Below are positions 53,580 through 64,000 of a stretch of DNA of 64,000 nucleotides, piece by piece; the stretch's first letter is position 1; each line of letters begins with the position of its first letter. Source of the stretch: Hydrurus foetidus (Eukaryota); assembly GCA_900617105.1 (NCBI GenBank), contig UYFQ01000260.1, positions 372,001 through 436,000 of the forward strand, given 5' to 3'. The position numbers and the translations under genes are program-made. The notes beneath the pieces are model-generated. The model was not told the origin of the DNA. It ran no database searches and worked only from the letters and a program-made list of their open reading frames with translations.

Positions 53580-53791
53580 TAGCGCGTCTGGTTGCCTGTT
53601 TGCATGCCCAGGAGGTTCAGAAGGTGGACCAGCAGCAGCATCATCGCCACCACGCAGACCATCATCAGCGGGCGCCACGGCATCATGCGCGGGCCCTTCA
53701 AGATATTGGCCGGGCGCGCGCCACGCCATCCGCAGACCACGGCGAGGATCAGCAGCACAACCAGGGCGGCGACGGTGAATGGCAGGTCCAT
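53576..53791 (-). CDS. Small two-TM membrane protein
   Basis: 71-aa ORF with two hydrophobic helices and GWRGARP..GPRMMPW; GGAAGG RBS. Confidence 0.65.
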   Translation of the reverse strand: MDLPFTVAALVVLLILAVVCGWRGARPANILKGPRMMPWRPLMMVCVVAMMLLLVHLLNLLGMQTGNQTRY

Positions 53792-53830
53792 GCGCCTTCC
53801 ATGCCCTGCGACAATCAGCCTGGCAAATGG

Positions 53831-53998
53831 TTAACCCACGTTAACCCTCTTGCTTTTAACCAAGGTAAAGATGGTTAAAGCTGCGTCCCGATTCCTCCAC
53901 TTGTGAATCGTAAACCTACTAGATTTAGCTATTTGGTCGCGTTTACACCCCAGGAATCGGTGACTAGCGTTGGTCCCCAAGTGCGGGGAGAACGATTC
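53831..53998 (+). promoter_or_regulatory. podJ promoter region with four GANTC sites and TTAA(C) CtrA-like half-sites
   Basis: GANTC at 53890, 53905, 53954, 53994; TTAA at 53831, 53841, 53856, 53875. Confidence 0.6.
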
Positions 53999-54000
53999 GT

Positions 54001-56950
54001 ATGACGGCCGCAGCGCCATGGAGCGTAAAGGGGATAGACCCCAAGGCACGTGAGGTCGCAAAGGACCTTGCGCGTCGCTCCGGCATGACGTTGGGCGAGT
54101 GGCTCAACCGCATGATTATCGAGGGTGAAGGACAGGGCGACGCCGCTGCTGTCGACGCCTTTGTCGGCGGTTCGCAGGACCGTTCCGCCAAGCCTTATCT
54201 CCACATCGCGACGGACGGCGAGACGCCGCCGCGTATCGAGATCGCCGAACACCCCGCCGACGAAGTCGGTCGCGTCGCCATTGCGCTCGACCGTCTGACG
54301 GACCGCATCGAAGCCGCAGAAGGCCGCTCGGCTGCCGCCATCAACGGCATCGATCAGTCGGTGCGCGGCGCGCTCAGCCGTCTGGCCCTGTCCGAACGTG
54401 AGCAGATCGCCGTCGCCGCCCGTTTCGAGGGCGCGGTCGATGACATCAAGACCGAGCAGGCCCGTTCGACCGAACGCCTGCGCCGGATGGAAGCCGAGGC
54501 GGTCGGACCGCGTTCCGCCGAGGCGCTGCGGGCGCTCGAAGGTGCGCTCGGCAAGGTCGCCGGGCATCTCTACGAAGGCGAAGCGCGCACACGCGAAGCC
54601 ATCTCCGCCCTGGAAGCCCGTCTCGACGCCCAACCGGCCGCCGCGACCAGCGACCCATCATCCGTCGTCGAGGAAGTCGTCGCGCGTCTGGGCCAACGCC
54701 TGGAAGCCGCCGAGACCCGCACCGCAGAAGCCTTGCGCGAACTGGGCTCATCCTTCTCCGCCCTGGACGGCCGCCTTCAGGCTGTGGAGGGCGCGAACCC
54801 GACATCGGGCGTTCAGGAGCGTCTCGACCAGCTGGCCGGCGACCTGACAAGGCGCATGGAGGCCGCGCGGCTCGAAATGGCGACCAAGCTGGGTGACAGC
54901 GCTGATGGTCGCTTCGATCGCATGGACAAGAAGCTCGGCGAGATGGCCGCTCACGTCCAGGCCGCCGAGCAGCGCTCGGCCAGGGCCATCGAGCGCATGG
55001 GCCGCGAAGTGGTAGGGGTCGCCGACGCCTTCAATCGTCGGGTCCAGGCGGCAGAGCCGCAACGCCGCCGCCATCGAACAGGTCGGGGGCGAGGTGGCCC
55101 GCATCGCTGCGACCGTCGAGCACAAGCTGAACCGCGCCGACAGCGTCCAGGCCCAGGCTCTGGAAAAGCTCGGCACGGAAATCGCCCGCATCACCGAGAA
55201 GCTCGCAGAGCGTATCGGCAATGCTGAACGCCGCAACGCTCTGGCCATCGACGATGTCGGCGAACAGGTCACTCGAGTGACCGACCGGCTCAATCAGCGC
55301 CACGAGCGTTCGTCTCAGGAACTGATCGACCGGATCCGCCAGAGCGAAGAGCGCACCGCGCGCATGCTCGATGAAGCGCGCGAGAAGATCGACACCCGCC
55401 TCAGCGACGCCCAGCGCAAGCTGGCCGAGACGCCGGCGCCGGCCGCCGCTGTCGCGCCCGCGCCGGTCGTTCGTGCTCCGGCGGTCTCGCCGTTCGCGAC
55501 CAGCAGCTATTCCTTCGGTGGCGAGCCTGCCGTGGACGAGGACGTGTTCAACGCGCCCCCGCCCGTGGCGCGCGCCCCTGTGTTCGAAGTCGCCGCCTTC
55601 CCGGCGGTCGATCCCGAGCCGCCCAGCTTCGACGACGAGGACTATGAGGCCGCTGACGGCTTTGTCGATCAGGAGCCCTCCGAAGCCGTTGAACGCGTCG
55701 CGCCAGCGTCTGACTTCGGGACCTTCTCCGCTCCCGAGTCCGCCGATCCGTCGCGTCCGCTGTCCACCCGCGAAGTGATTGAGCAGGCCCGGTCCGCCGC
55801 TCGCGCTGCAGCCGTCGCTGACGTCAAGGCCAAGAAGGACAAGCCGGCCAAGGACAAGCCTGCCCGAACCTCGCTGTTCTCTGGCTTTGGGTCCAAGGCC
55901 TCGATCAAGCCGCCCAAGCGCCGGATGGGCTCTACCCTCGCCACGGCCGCGATGGTGTTCGGCGTCGCCGGCGCCATGGGCGCCGGCGTGGCGGGTCTGT
56001 TGCTGCCCGATCGTGGTCAGGGCCAGGTTCCTGATCGCGTGGCCGAATCCATCGCCGGCCGCAAGTCCGAGGTCGAGATCCGCACGGCGGAGGCCGACAC
56101 GACGCCCGGCATGCCCCGCGCCGCCGTCGCGTTGTCGCCTCAACTGATCACTCCGACCGCGACCGACGCCACTCCGCCGCCGCCCGCGCCGCCGCAGGAG
56201 AACGCCCAGGCGCTGTTTGACGAGGGCGTCCGCAAGATCGAGGCGAAGGATCGCTCCGGCGTCGAGGTCATGCGCAAGGCCGCCAATCTCGGTCTGCCGC
56301 GCGCCCAGTTCTATCTCGGCAAGATGTACGAGATGGGCGAGGGCGGCGTGAAGAAGGACCTCGTCGAGGCTCGCCGCTGGACTGAACGCGCCGCCACCGC
56401 CGGCGACCCGCGCGCCATGCACAACCTAGCCCTGTTCTATTTCAAGGGCGACGGCGGGGCCAAGAACTCGACCACGGCCGCCAGCTGGTTCCGCAAGGCC
56501 GCCGATCAGGGTCTGGTCGATAGTCAGTTCAACCTGGCTCAACTTTACGAAGGCGGTTGGGGTGTCAGCCAGAACCCTGCCGAGGCCTACAAGTGGTACG
56601 TGATCGCCGGCCGGGCCGGGGACGCTACCTCCAAGGCTCGCGCCACAGCTCTGCGTCCGCAACTGACCGCCGAAGCCCAGCGCACGGCCGACCGTTCGGC
56701 CATGGCCTTCCGCGCCCAGACCATCAACGCCTCGGTGGCGACCAGCACCGCCACAGCGCAGGCCTCGGCCGGGCTTGGCACGGCTCAGCGCGTGCTGTCA
56801 CAGCTGGGCTATTATCAGGGGCCGCGCGATGGTGTGGCGTCACCCGCCCTGCGCATGGCGATCGCCGCCTATCAGCGCGACCAGGGCCTGCCGTCGTCGG
56901 GCGCGCTGGACGGCGAAACCCTGAACCGGCTTTCGGTCTACACGCGCTGA
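54001..56950 (+). CDS. podJ: Polar organelle development protein PodJ; frameshift near 55055
   Basis: MTAAAPWSVKGIDPKAREVAKDLARRSGMTLGEWLN, long coiled coils, acidic/Pro-rich region, TM, Sel1 repeats, C-terminal peptidoglycan-binding domain. Confidence 0.93.
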
Positions 56951-57089
56951 CCGGCGCGACTGAAACCTCATTGCGCGGACGCTTGAATCCATTCGGCAAA
57001 TATCGTCCGTGGACCTCTAGGCGCGTGTGAGTATAGTCGCGCCCGGGGTATGGGAGGTCGCGGGGGCGATCTTCCCGAGGAGTTGATTC

Positions 57090-57551
57090 ATGAGCGAGCC
57101 ATTGGCGGATCGCGTACCGGCGCCGCCGGCGGTTTGGGTGTTTGGGCTCGCGACCCTGATACCCTTTTTCGTGGCCTCCGGCCTGTTCTGCTATGGCCCT
57201 CCCGGGTCTCAGCGGGGCGCGCTGATTTCCTTGCTCGCCTATTCGACCGCCATGGTCTCGTATTTTGGTGGCGTGCGAACAGGGCTCGAGATTGAAAACC
57301 CCAGTCCGAGATGGCTGGTTCTGGGTCTCTCGCTGCTGTTTCCGCTTGCTGGCTTTGGTCTTCTGCTCGGCGAACTTCGCTTTGAGCCGGCCTGGCAACT
57401 GTCGGGCTTTCTGCTGGTCTTCCTGCTGCAATGGGTCTGGGACGTGACCGACCATGACGGGCCGGCCTGGCGACCCAGGATGCGAACCTTGCTGACCTCC
57501 GGCGCCGCCATCTCGCTGGCCTTCGCCCTTGAGCAGGCCCTTCATATGTAA
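57090..57551 (+). CDS. DUF3429-family membrane protein
   Basis: GLATLIPF, YSTAMVSYFGGV, WD..PAW..MR..LT. Confidence 0.7.
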   Translation: MSEPLADRVPAPPAVWVFGLATLIPFFVASGLFCYGPPGSQRGALISLLAYSTAMVSYFGGVRTGLEIENPSPRWLVLGLSLLFPLAGFGLLLGELRFEPAWQLSGFLLVFLLQWVWDVTDHDGPAWRPRMRTLLTSGAAISLAFALEQALHM

Positions 57552-57554
57552 TCC

Positions 57555-58262
57555 CTAGTCGGGCCGCAGGGAGCGTGGTCCGATCGCGTGAATTTTGTGC
57601 TTCCCCAGGGCGGCCGCCAGGACAGGGCCGCCGAACAAGCCTGAAAAGGCCCGATCCAGGACGTTCAGCCCGCCCGTATAGGCGCCAAAGGCCGGCAGGA
57701 TCAGCCTCGAGCCGTCGGTCACGAAACAGCGCCGCCGCACACTGCTGCGGCCGCTCGACACCTTGGCCGCTGGATGCAGGTGACCGGCCACTTCGCCGGG
57801 CTGCAGGCCAGCTTGAGGTTCGTGTCGCAGAACCAGACCCAGGATCGAGGCTTCGTCGACAACCTCCCCGGGCAGGGCGCGCGGCCCCTCTTCATCGTGA
57901 TTGCCCACGGCCCAGACCAGGTCCCGCCCACGCGCCAGGTTGCGCAACCGCTCGGCGTCATCGGCCGCCAGGCGGCCTTCGCCCTGGCCGTCATGGAAGC
58001 TGTCGCCCAGGAAGATCAGGCGTGCGGGCGAAAGCGCGGCAATCTCGCGATCCAGTCGATCCAGCGTCTCGCGGGTGTCATAGGGGGGCAGCATCTGGCC
58101 AAAGCGGGCGGCATAGCTGCTGCCCTTCTCGAAATGCAGGTCGGCCACCACCAGGGTGCGTTCCACCTCCAGCCACAGCGCGCCCGAGCCGCGCAGCATC
58201 ACGCTGGCGCCGGCCAGTTCGATGCGCAGCCCGCCACAGGCGCTGGCTTCAAACCGCGTCAA
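57555..58262 (-). CDS. pdeM: Ligase-associated DNA damage response metallophosphoesterase/endonuclease
   Basis: VADLHFEKG, LGDSFHD, GNHD, GHLHP, LPAFG; TTG start overlaps helicase stop. Confidence 0.88.
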   Translation of the reverse strand: MTRFEASACGGLRIELAGASVMLRGSGALWLEVERTLVVADLHFEKGSSYAARFGQMLPPYDTRETLDRLDREIAALSPARLIFLGDSFHDGQGEGRLAADDAERLRNLARGRDLVWAVGNHDEEGPRALPGEVVDEASILGLVLRHEPQAGLQPGEVAGHLHPAAKVSSGRSSVRRRCFVTDGSRLILPAFGAYTGGLNVLDRAFSGLFGGPVLAAALGKHKIHAIGPRSLRPD

Positions 58263-60704
58263 GCCATGGCCTCTGCGATCAGGTCTTCCTCGGCCTCGGC
58301 CAGGATCATCTCGCCGGCCGCATCCCCGGGCGCGCGCTCGCGTCCGATCTCCAGCATCAGCGGCACGGCGAAGGGCGAGACGCGGTCCAGTCTGACATTG
58401 CGGATGTTTCCCTTCACCCGCGCCAGCATGTCGCCCAGTCGCGCGACGTCCAGCAGGCCGCTGGCGGCGTCCTGTCGGGCGCAGCGCAGCAGCAGGTGGT
58501 CGGGCTGGTGACGACGCAGGACGTCGTAGATCAGGTCGGTCGAGAACGTCACCTGCCGGCCGGACTTCTCCTCGCCGGGATAGCGCCGCTCGATCAGGCC
58601 GGCGATCAGCGCGCACGCCTTGAAGGCGCGCTTCATCATGAAGCTCTCCAGCCAGGCCTCCAGATCATCGCCCAGCATGTCCTGATCGAACAGGTCGCCG
58701 AGATCCAGATCGTCCATCGGCTTCAGCGACCAGATGTTCAGGGCGTAGTCGTTGCAGACGAAGCCCAGGGGCCCGACGCCCAGCCGATCCAGCCGGCGCG
58801 TCAGCAGCATGGCCAGCGTCGTGTGGGCGATGCGCCCATCGAACGGATAGCAGACCATGTGGAAGCGTTGCCCGCGTGGGAAGGTCTCCAGCAGCATTTC
58901 GTGCTCGCCCGGCAGGGCCGAACGCACCTTCTGCCAGGCCAGCCACTCCTGCACATCCGGGGGCAGGGCGGCCCACTCGCCCTCATTGTGCATCATCGTG
59001 CGGACGCGGCTGGCGAGATAGGTTGAAAGGGGGAATTTCGAGCCGCCCCAGCTGGGCATCTTGGGATCGTCGGCCGGGGCGGGGCTGACAAAGGCGTCGG
59101 CGCCGACGATGGCGTTGAACCGCCAGACCTGACCGGCGAAGACGAAGGTGTCGCCGGGCGTCAGTTGCTCGAAATAGCCTTCCTCGGCCTCGCCGACCTT
59201 GCGTCCGCCCATGGGGCGCTTGCCGCCGCCGACCCGAACATTGACCGTGGCCGCCGTGACGATCGTGCCGACGTTCATGCGGTGACGTTGCACGGTCTGG
59301 GCGTTGCGAGCGCGCCAGAGACCGTCCTGGCCCTGCACGATGCGCCGGAACTTGTCGTAGGTCTTGAGGGCGTAGCCGCCGGTCGAGACGAAATCGACGA
59401 CGGTCTCGAAGTCTTCCCAGGAGAGGGCGGCGTATGGACCTGCTGTGCGGATCTCGTCGTGCAGCGCCACAAGGCCAAAGGGCTCGGAGCAGGCGCACCC
59501 CATCACGTGCTGGGCCAGAACGTCGAGGGCGCCGATCCGCTCGGGTTCGCCGTCCAGGTGGTTTTCCAGGATGGCGTCGGCGGCGGCGCGGCATTCCAGC
59601 ATCTCGAAACGGCTGGCCGGCACGAAGATGGCGCGACTGGGTTCGTCCAGGCGGTGGTTGGCGCGACCGATCCGCTGGACCATGCGCGAGGCGCCCTTGG
59701 GCGCGGCCAGCTGGATGACCAGGTCCACGTCGCCCCAGTCGATGCCCATATCCAGGGTCGAGGTGCAGACCACGGCCCGCAGTTCGCCCCTGGCCATCGC
59801 GGCCTCGACCTTGCGCCGCTGCTCGGCCGACAGGCTGCCGTGGTGCAGGGCGATGGGCAGGCCCTCGTCGTTCAGCTCCCACAGCTTCTGAAAGGCGAAC
59901 TCGGCCTGGAAGCGGGTGTTGACGAAGACGAGCGCGGTCTTCGAGCTCTTGATGATCTCATAGACCTCGGCCATCGCATGTTCGGCGGTGTGGCCCGCCC
60001 AGGGCACGCGACCGCCCGAGACCAGCACCTCGACGACGGGCTGGGCGCCGCCGGAACCGAGGACGAGGTCGACGCTGTCCTCGCCGCCGGGACCCAGCCA
60101 TCGCCGCACCAGCCCCGGATCATCCACGGTCGCCGACAGGCCTACTCGGCGCAGATTCGGCGCGAACTGCTGCAGGCGCGCCAGATGCAGCGCCAGCAGG
60201 TCGCCGCGCTTGAGGGCCAGATGGCGTGGGCCTCGTCGATGACAACGCAGGCGAGGTCGGCGAAATACTCGCGCGCGCCTTCCCAGGCGCAGAACAGGGC
60301 CAACTGCTCGGGGGTGGTCAGCAGGATGTCCGGCGGCCTGATCCGCTGGCGGGCCTTGCGGCTTTCACCGGTGTCGCCTGTTCGGCTCTCCGCGACGATC
60401 TTGAGGCCCATTTCGCGGATGGGCGTCATCAGGTTGCGTTCAACGTCAACCGCCAGGGCCTTGAGCGGCGAGATGTAGAGCGTGTGAACCCCGGCGGGGG
60501 TATTGCGCGGCGCCCGTTCGGACAGTTCGATCAGGCTGGGCAAGAATCCGGCCAGGGTCTTGCCGCCGCCTGTCGGGCGATCAGCAGGGCGCTTTTGCCC
60601 TCACGCGCCTTGGCCAGCATCTCCAGCTGGTGAGCCCGCGCGGTCCAGCCGCGCGTGGCGAACCAGTCCTGGAAGCGGGGAGGGAGGGCGGCGGCCGCTG
60701 ACAT
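58259..60704 (-). CDS. Ligase-associated Lhr-like DEXH helicase; frameshifts at the 5' end
   Basis: YISPLKAL, RTGDT, TTPE, DEAH, FVNTR, HHGSL, TSTLDMGID, QRIGRANH. Confidence 0.92.
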
Positions 60705-60722
60705 TGTTCGCCGATATAGCAT

Positions 60723-60737
60723 GTTCCCGTTCCGTTT
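60723..60737 (-). promoter_or_regulatory. LexA (SOS) box, alphaproteobacterial type
   Basis: GTTC-CCGTTCC-GTTT (consensus GTTC-N7-GTTC, one mismatch) 18 bp upstream of the helicase ATG. Confidence 0.6.
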
Positions 60738-60839
60738 CCAGACGGCGCGCACACGGGGCGGCGTAACTCGCCTGTCAGGCTGCAAAGCTTGACGCCTGCC
60801 TCCTGGCGGCAACAATCGTAGGCGCTGTCTGGGGTGGTC

Positions 60840-61824
60840 ATGATTTTGAAGGCGCTCGTGGTCCTGTTGGGACTGGTTGCCCTGGGAGGCGCAACCTGCG
60901 CCCAGGCGCGCCAGGTCACAGCGCCGCCTGCCGTCGCGCCTGCCGTTGATCCGACCCTCACCGCCTTGCTGAAGCGCGCTCAAGGGGGCGACACCACGGC
61001 CTATGTGGATCTGGCGTTCGAGTATCTCGACGAGGACTCTGCCCACTTCGACGTCCAGGCGGCCCAGCACTGGCTCGCCCAGGGCGTGGCGGCTGGGGTG
61101 CCCGAGGCCATGATCGAGTTGGGCAATCTCTATTTCGACGGTGAGCAGGTTGCGCAGGATCGCCGCAAGGCCCTGGGCTTCTACAAACAGGCCGCCGCCT
61201 TGGGCGATCTGGACGGGCTCTACAATGTCGGCATCGTCCATGAGGGCGGCGGCGGCATAGAGGAGAACCTGGCCGAAGCCCTGCGCTGGTATCGGCGGGC
61301 GGCCGATGGGGGCTCGGAGATCGGCATGTTCCAGGTGGCCAATGCCTATCATCATGGACGCGGCGTGCGCGCCGACATGGGTCGGGCCGTCTTCTGGCTC
61401 AACAAGGCGGTGGCGGCAGGATCTTCGGCCGCCATGAACGACCTGGGCGCGCTCTACTCTGACGGCGACGGCGTGCCCCAGGACGACGCCGAGGCGCTGA
61501 AGCTGTTCATCGCCGCCGCGCGCAACGGCTCGGCCATCGCCATGGCCAATGTCGCGGTGGTGCACCACAACGGCGAAGGCGTTCCGGTCGACTATGTCGA
61601 GGCGATCCGCTGGTATCAGCTGGCGGCCGACCACGGCTATCTGCCGGCCTACTACCGGCTGGGCGCGATGTGCGAGGCGGGGAAGGCGTGCGGTTCGATC
61701 TGGAAACCGCCCTGAGCATGTATCGCCGCGCGGCCGAGAGTGATGATCCGCCGTCCGTCAGCAGGCCCAGAAGGCGATCGACCGGCTGGAACGCGGCGAC
61801 GACGAAGACCCGCGCGTGGTGTGA
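60840..61824 (+). CDS. Secreted Sel1-repeat protein; 3' frameshifts
   Basis: Signal peptide and about seven Sel1 repeats (AMIELGNLYFDGEQVAQD..A..FYKQAA..G and similar). Confidence 0.82.
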
Positions 61825-61828
61825 CGCC

Positions 61829-61843
61829 GTTCGCATTCTGTTT
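61829..61843 (+). promoter_or_regulatory. LexA (SOS) box upstream of the DinG-like helicase
   Basis: GTTC-GCATTCT-GTTT. Confidence 0.6.
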
Positions 61844-61870
61844 CCGTCGCCAAGGTGCTAACAGACTCGC

Positions 61871-64000
61871 GTGACTGCTTCGCCGCCGACTCTCGACCTT
61901 GCTCCCGCGCTTGTCGTTCTGCCCGGGCCGCGCGCCGGCTATGCGGATGGCGACGGCGAGGGCCGGATGCTGCGCGCACCGGACGCGCGCGACCTGCTGG
62001 AGCACGGCCCGGTCCTGGTCGCCCACGCGGCGATGACGGCCAAGCGGCTCAATCTTCATGCCCCGCGCGCAGCGGTCGACTGTTCGACGTGCTGGAGCTC
62101 TACGCCTTCACCCGGCCGGCGACCTTCTGCGCGCCTTCGGCCGTGGGCCTGTCGATGGCTCTGGGTCTGGCCGAGCCGAAGGGCGCGGCCGAGCAGGCGG
62201 CCAGCCTGAGGATCTCGGCCGACGCTCTGCTGGCTGAGCTTCGCCTGACGCCCCAGCCGTCGCGCGAGGAGGCCCTGGCGGTCGCCGAGACCCTGGCCAA
62301 GGCCGGCTGGGCCTGGGGTCCGGCGGTGATCGGCGCCCTGCGCTCGGCTCCTGTTGGCAACCAGTTTCGCAGCTCGGGCCTGGATGTCTGGGCGCGCATC
62401 GTCGAGTGGGAAGACCAGGCTCCGCTGGGCGAGTCCGGCACGCGGCCGATCGATCCGGAGCGAGCGGGCGAGCGGCTGACCGAGTTGCTGCAACGCGCGG
62501 GTCTGGACGAGGTGCGCGAGGCTCAGGCGACCTATGCCCGGGAGGCGGCGTTCGTCTTCCAGCCCCGCGATCGCGAGGGCGAACCGAACATGATGCTGGC
62601 CGAGGCCGGCACCGGCGTCGGCAAGACCCTGGGCTATCTGGCCCCCGCCTCGCTGTGGGCCGAGGTCAATGGGCCGTCGGTCTGGATCAGCACCTATACG
62701 CGGGCCCTGCAGCGCCAGATCGAGCGCGAGAGCCAGTCGATCTATCCCGATCCGGCCGTGCGGGCCCGCAAGGCGGTGGTGCGCAAGGGGCGCGAGAACT
62801 ACGTCTGCCTGTTGAACTTCCAGGAGCAGGTCAACGGCGCCCAGCTGGGCAATGGCGACCTGATCGGCCTGGCCCTGGCGGCGCGGTGGGCCAGAGCCAC
62901 CCGGGATGGCGACATGACCGGCGGGGACTTCCCGGCCTGGCTGCCGACGCTGTTCTCGATCGCGCCGATGCAGCAGGCCAGCCCGGCCAATCTGGTGGAC
63001 CGGCGCGGCGAGTGCGTTCACGCCGGCTGTCAGCACTATCGCATCTGCTTCATCGAGAAGGCGGTGCGGGCCTCAAAGCGGGCCGACATCGTGATCGCCA
63101 ACCACGCCCTGGTGCTGACCCAGGCGGCGTTCGACGGCGCGCGGGCGGCGCGGGGGCTGAAGGGCGACAACGAGACCACGGCGGTCAAGCGGGTGGTGTT
63201 CGACGAAGGCCACCACCTGTTCGATGCGGCCGACAGCGCCTTTTCGGCGGCCCTGTCCGGGGCGGAGGCGGCGGAACTGCGTCGCTGGATCCGCGGACCC
63301 GAAGGCCGGGGCCGGCGGGGGCGGGGCCTGGAGGCCCGGCTGCTCGACATCCTGGGCGACCGCGAAGGCGCGCGTCAGGCCTTGACGGCGGTGCTGCATG
63401 CGGCCGCCGCCCTGCCGGGCGAGGGCTGGTCTGGACGCGTTGCGCCGCCGGACGGCCAGGTCAATCCGATCGGACCGATCGAGAGCTATCTGGTGGCCGT
63501 CATCGAGCAACTGCGGGCCCGCAGCAGCGAGCGGGCGGGTCGAGCAGGGCTGCAATGCGCCGCGCGTCCGGCGGTGGATCTGGTGCGCGAGCGGGCGGGT
63601 GAGGCGGCCCGGGCCCTGGCCGGGGTCGAGGCCCCGCTGCTGGCCCTGGCCCGCCAGCTGGAAGACGTGCTGGACGAGGACGCCGAGCACCTTGGACCCT
63701 CCGAGCGCGCCCGTATCGAGGGCGCTGCGCGGTCTGGACCGACGGGCGCGCATGACGCTGCCGGCCTGGCGTTCGATCCTGAAGGCGATCGACGAGGACG
63801 CTGAGGACGACCCGGAGTTCGTGGACTGGTTCGAGGCGACCTTCCTTTACGGGCGCGTGGTCGACGCCGCGTGTCGCCGGCACTGGGTGGATCCGACCGA
63901 GCCGTTGCGGGCGGCGGTGCTGAGCCCTGCTCACGGCGTGCTGGTGACCAGCGCCACCCTGACCGATCCGGCTCTGGAGGATCCGTTCGCCCTGGCCGAG
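61871..64000 (+). CDS. DinG/YoaA-family ATP-dependent DNA helicase (3' truncated by window; frameshifts)
   Basis: AEAGTGVGKT, STYTRALQRQ, RKGRENYVC, C..CQHYRICF, IANHAL, FDEGHH, TSATL. Confidence 0.9.

Noticed and set aside
54001..56950. podJ split into two ORFs as the origin of long and short PodJ forms
   Set aside because: The short PodJ form is known to arise by proteolysis; the break near 55055 matches the general indel pattern.
57555..64000. Helicase, nuclease and Sel1 cluster as a novel anti-phage defence system
   Set aside because: Lhr-PdeM and DinG are known DNA-repair families, carry LexA boxes, have host-like composition and lie in core synteny next to podJ.

Overview
GC-rich alphaproteobacterial chromosomal segment, almost certainly Caulobacter or a close Caulobacteraceae relative. 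It carries podJ, flgH-flgA-flgG-flgF divergent from fliL-fliM-pflI-motE-TPR, xseB-csaA-ispA-dxs, zwf-pgl-edd-glk-lacI-GH3-pyk, lhr-pdeM and dinG, in an order matching my recollection of C. crescentus. Many genes, including normally essential ones (dxs, ispA), are split by small indels, densest at about 9.5-30 kb. This looks like uncorrected long-read consensus error rather than pseudogenisation, so several CDS coordinates are reconstructed across frameshifts and approximate. I found no tRNA, rRNA, CRISPR array, transposase or prophage gene. I cannot point to a clearly novel multi-gene system. The best leads are cis-regulatory and small-ORF features: (1) a 22-codon leader ORF plus terminator hairpin between LacI operators and a GH3 beta-glucosidase; (2) a PsrA-type CAAAC-N4-GTTTG motif in front of fatty-acid genes and a local TetR gene; (3) a sigmaT/EcfG-type promoter in front of a transglutaminase-like gene and an unannotated 48-aa ORF; (4) a five-EF-hand protein without signal peptide, divergent from an ABC exporter; (5) a coupled small-ORF pair bracketed by palindromic repeats; (6) three families of short palindromic intergenic repeats.
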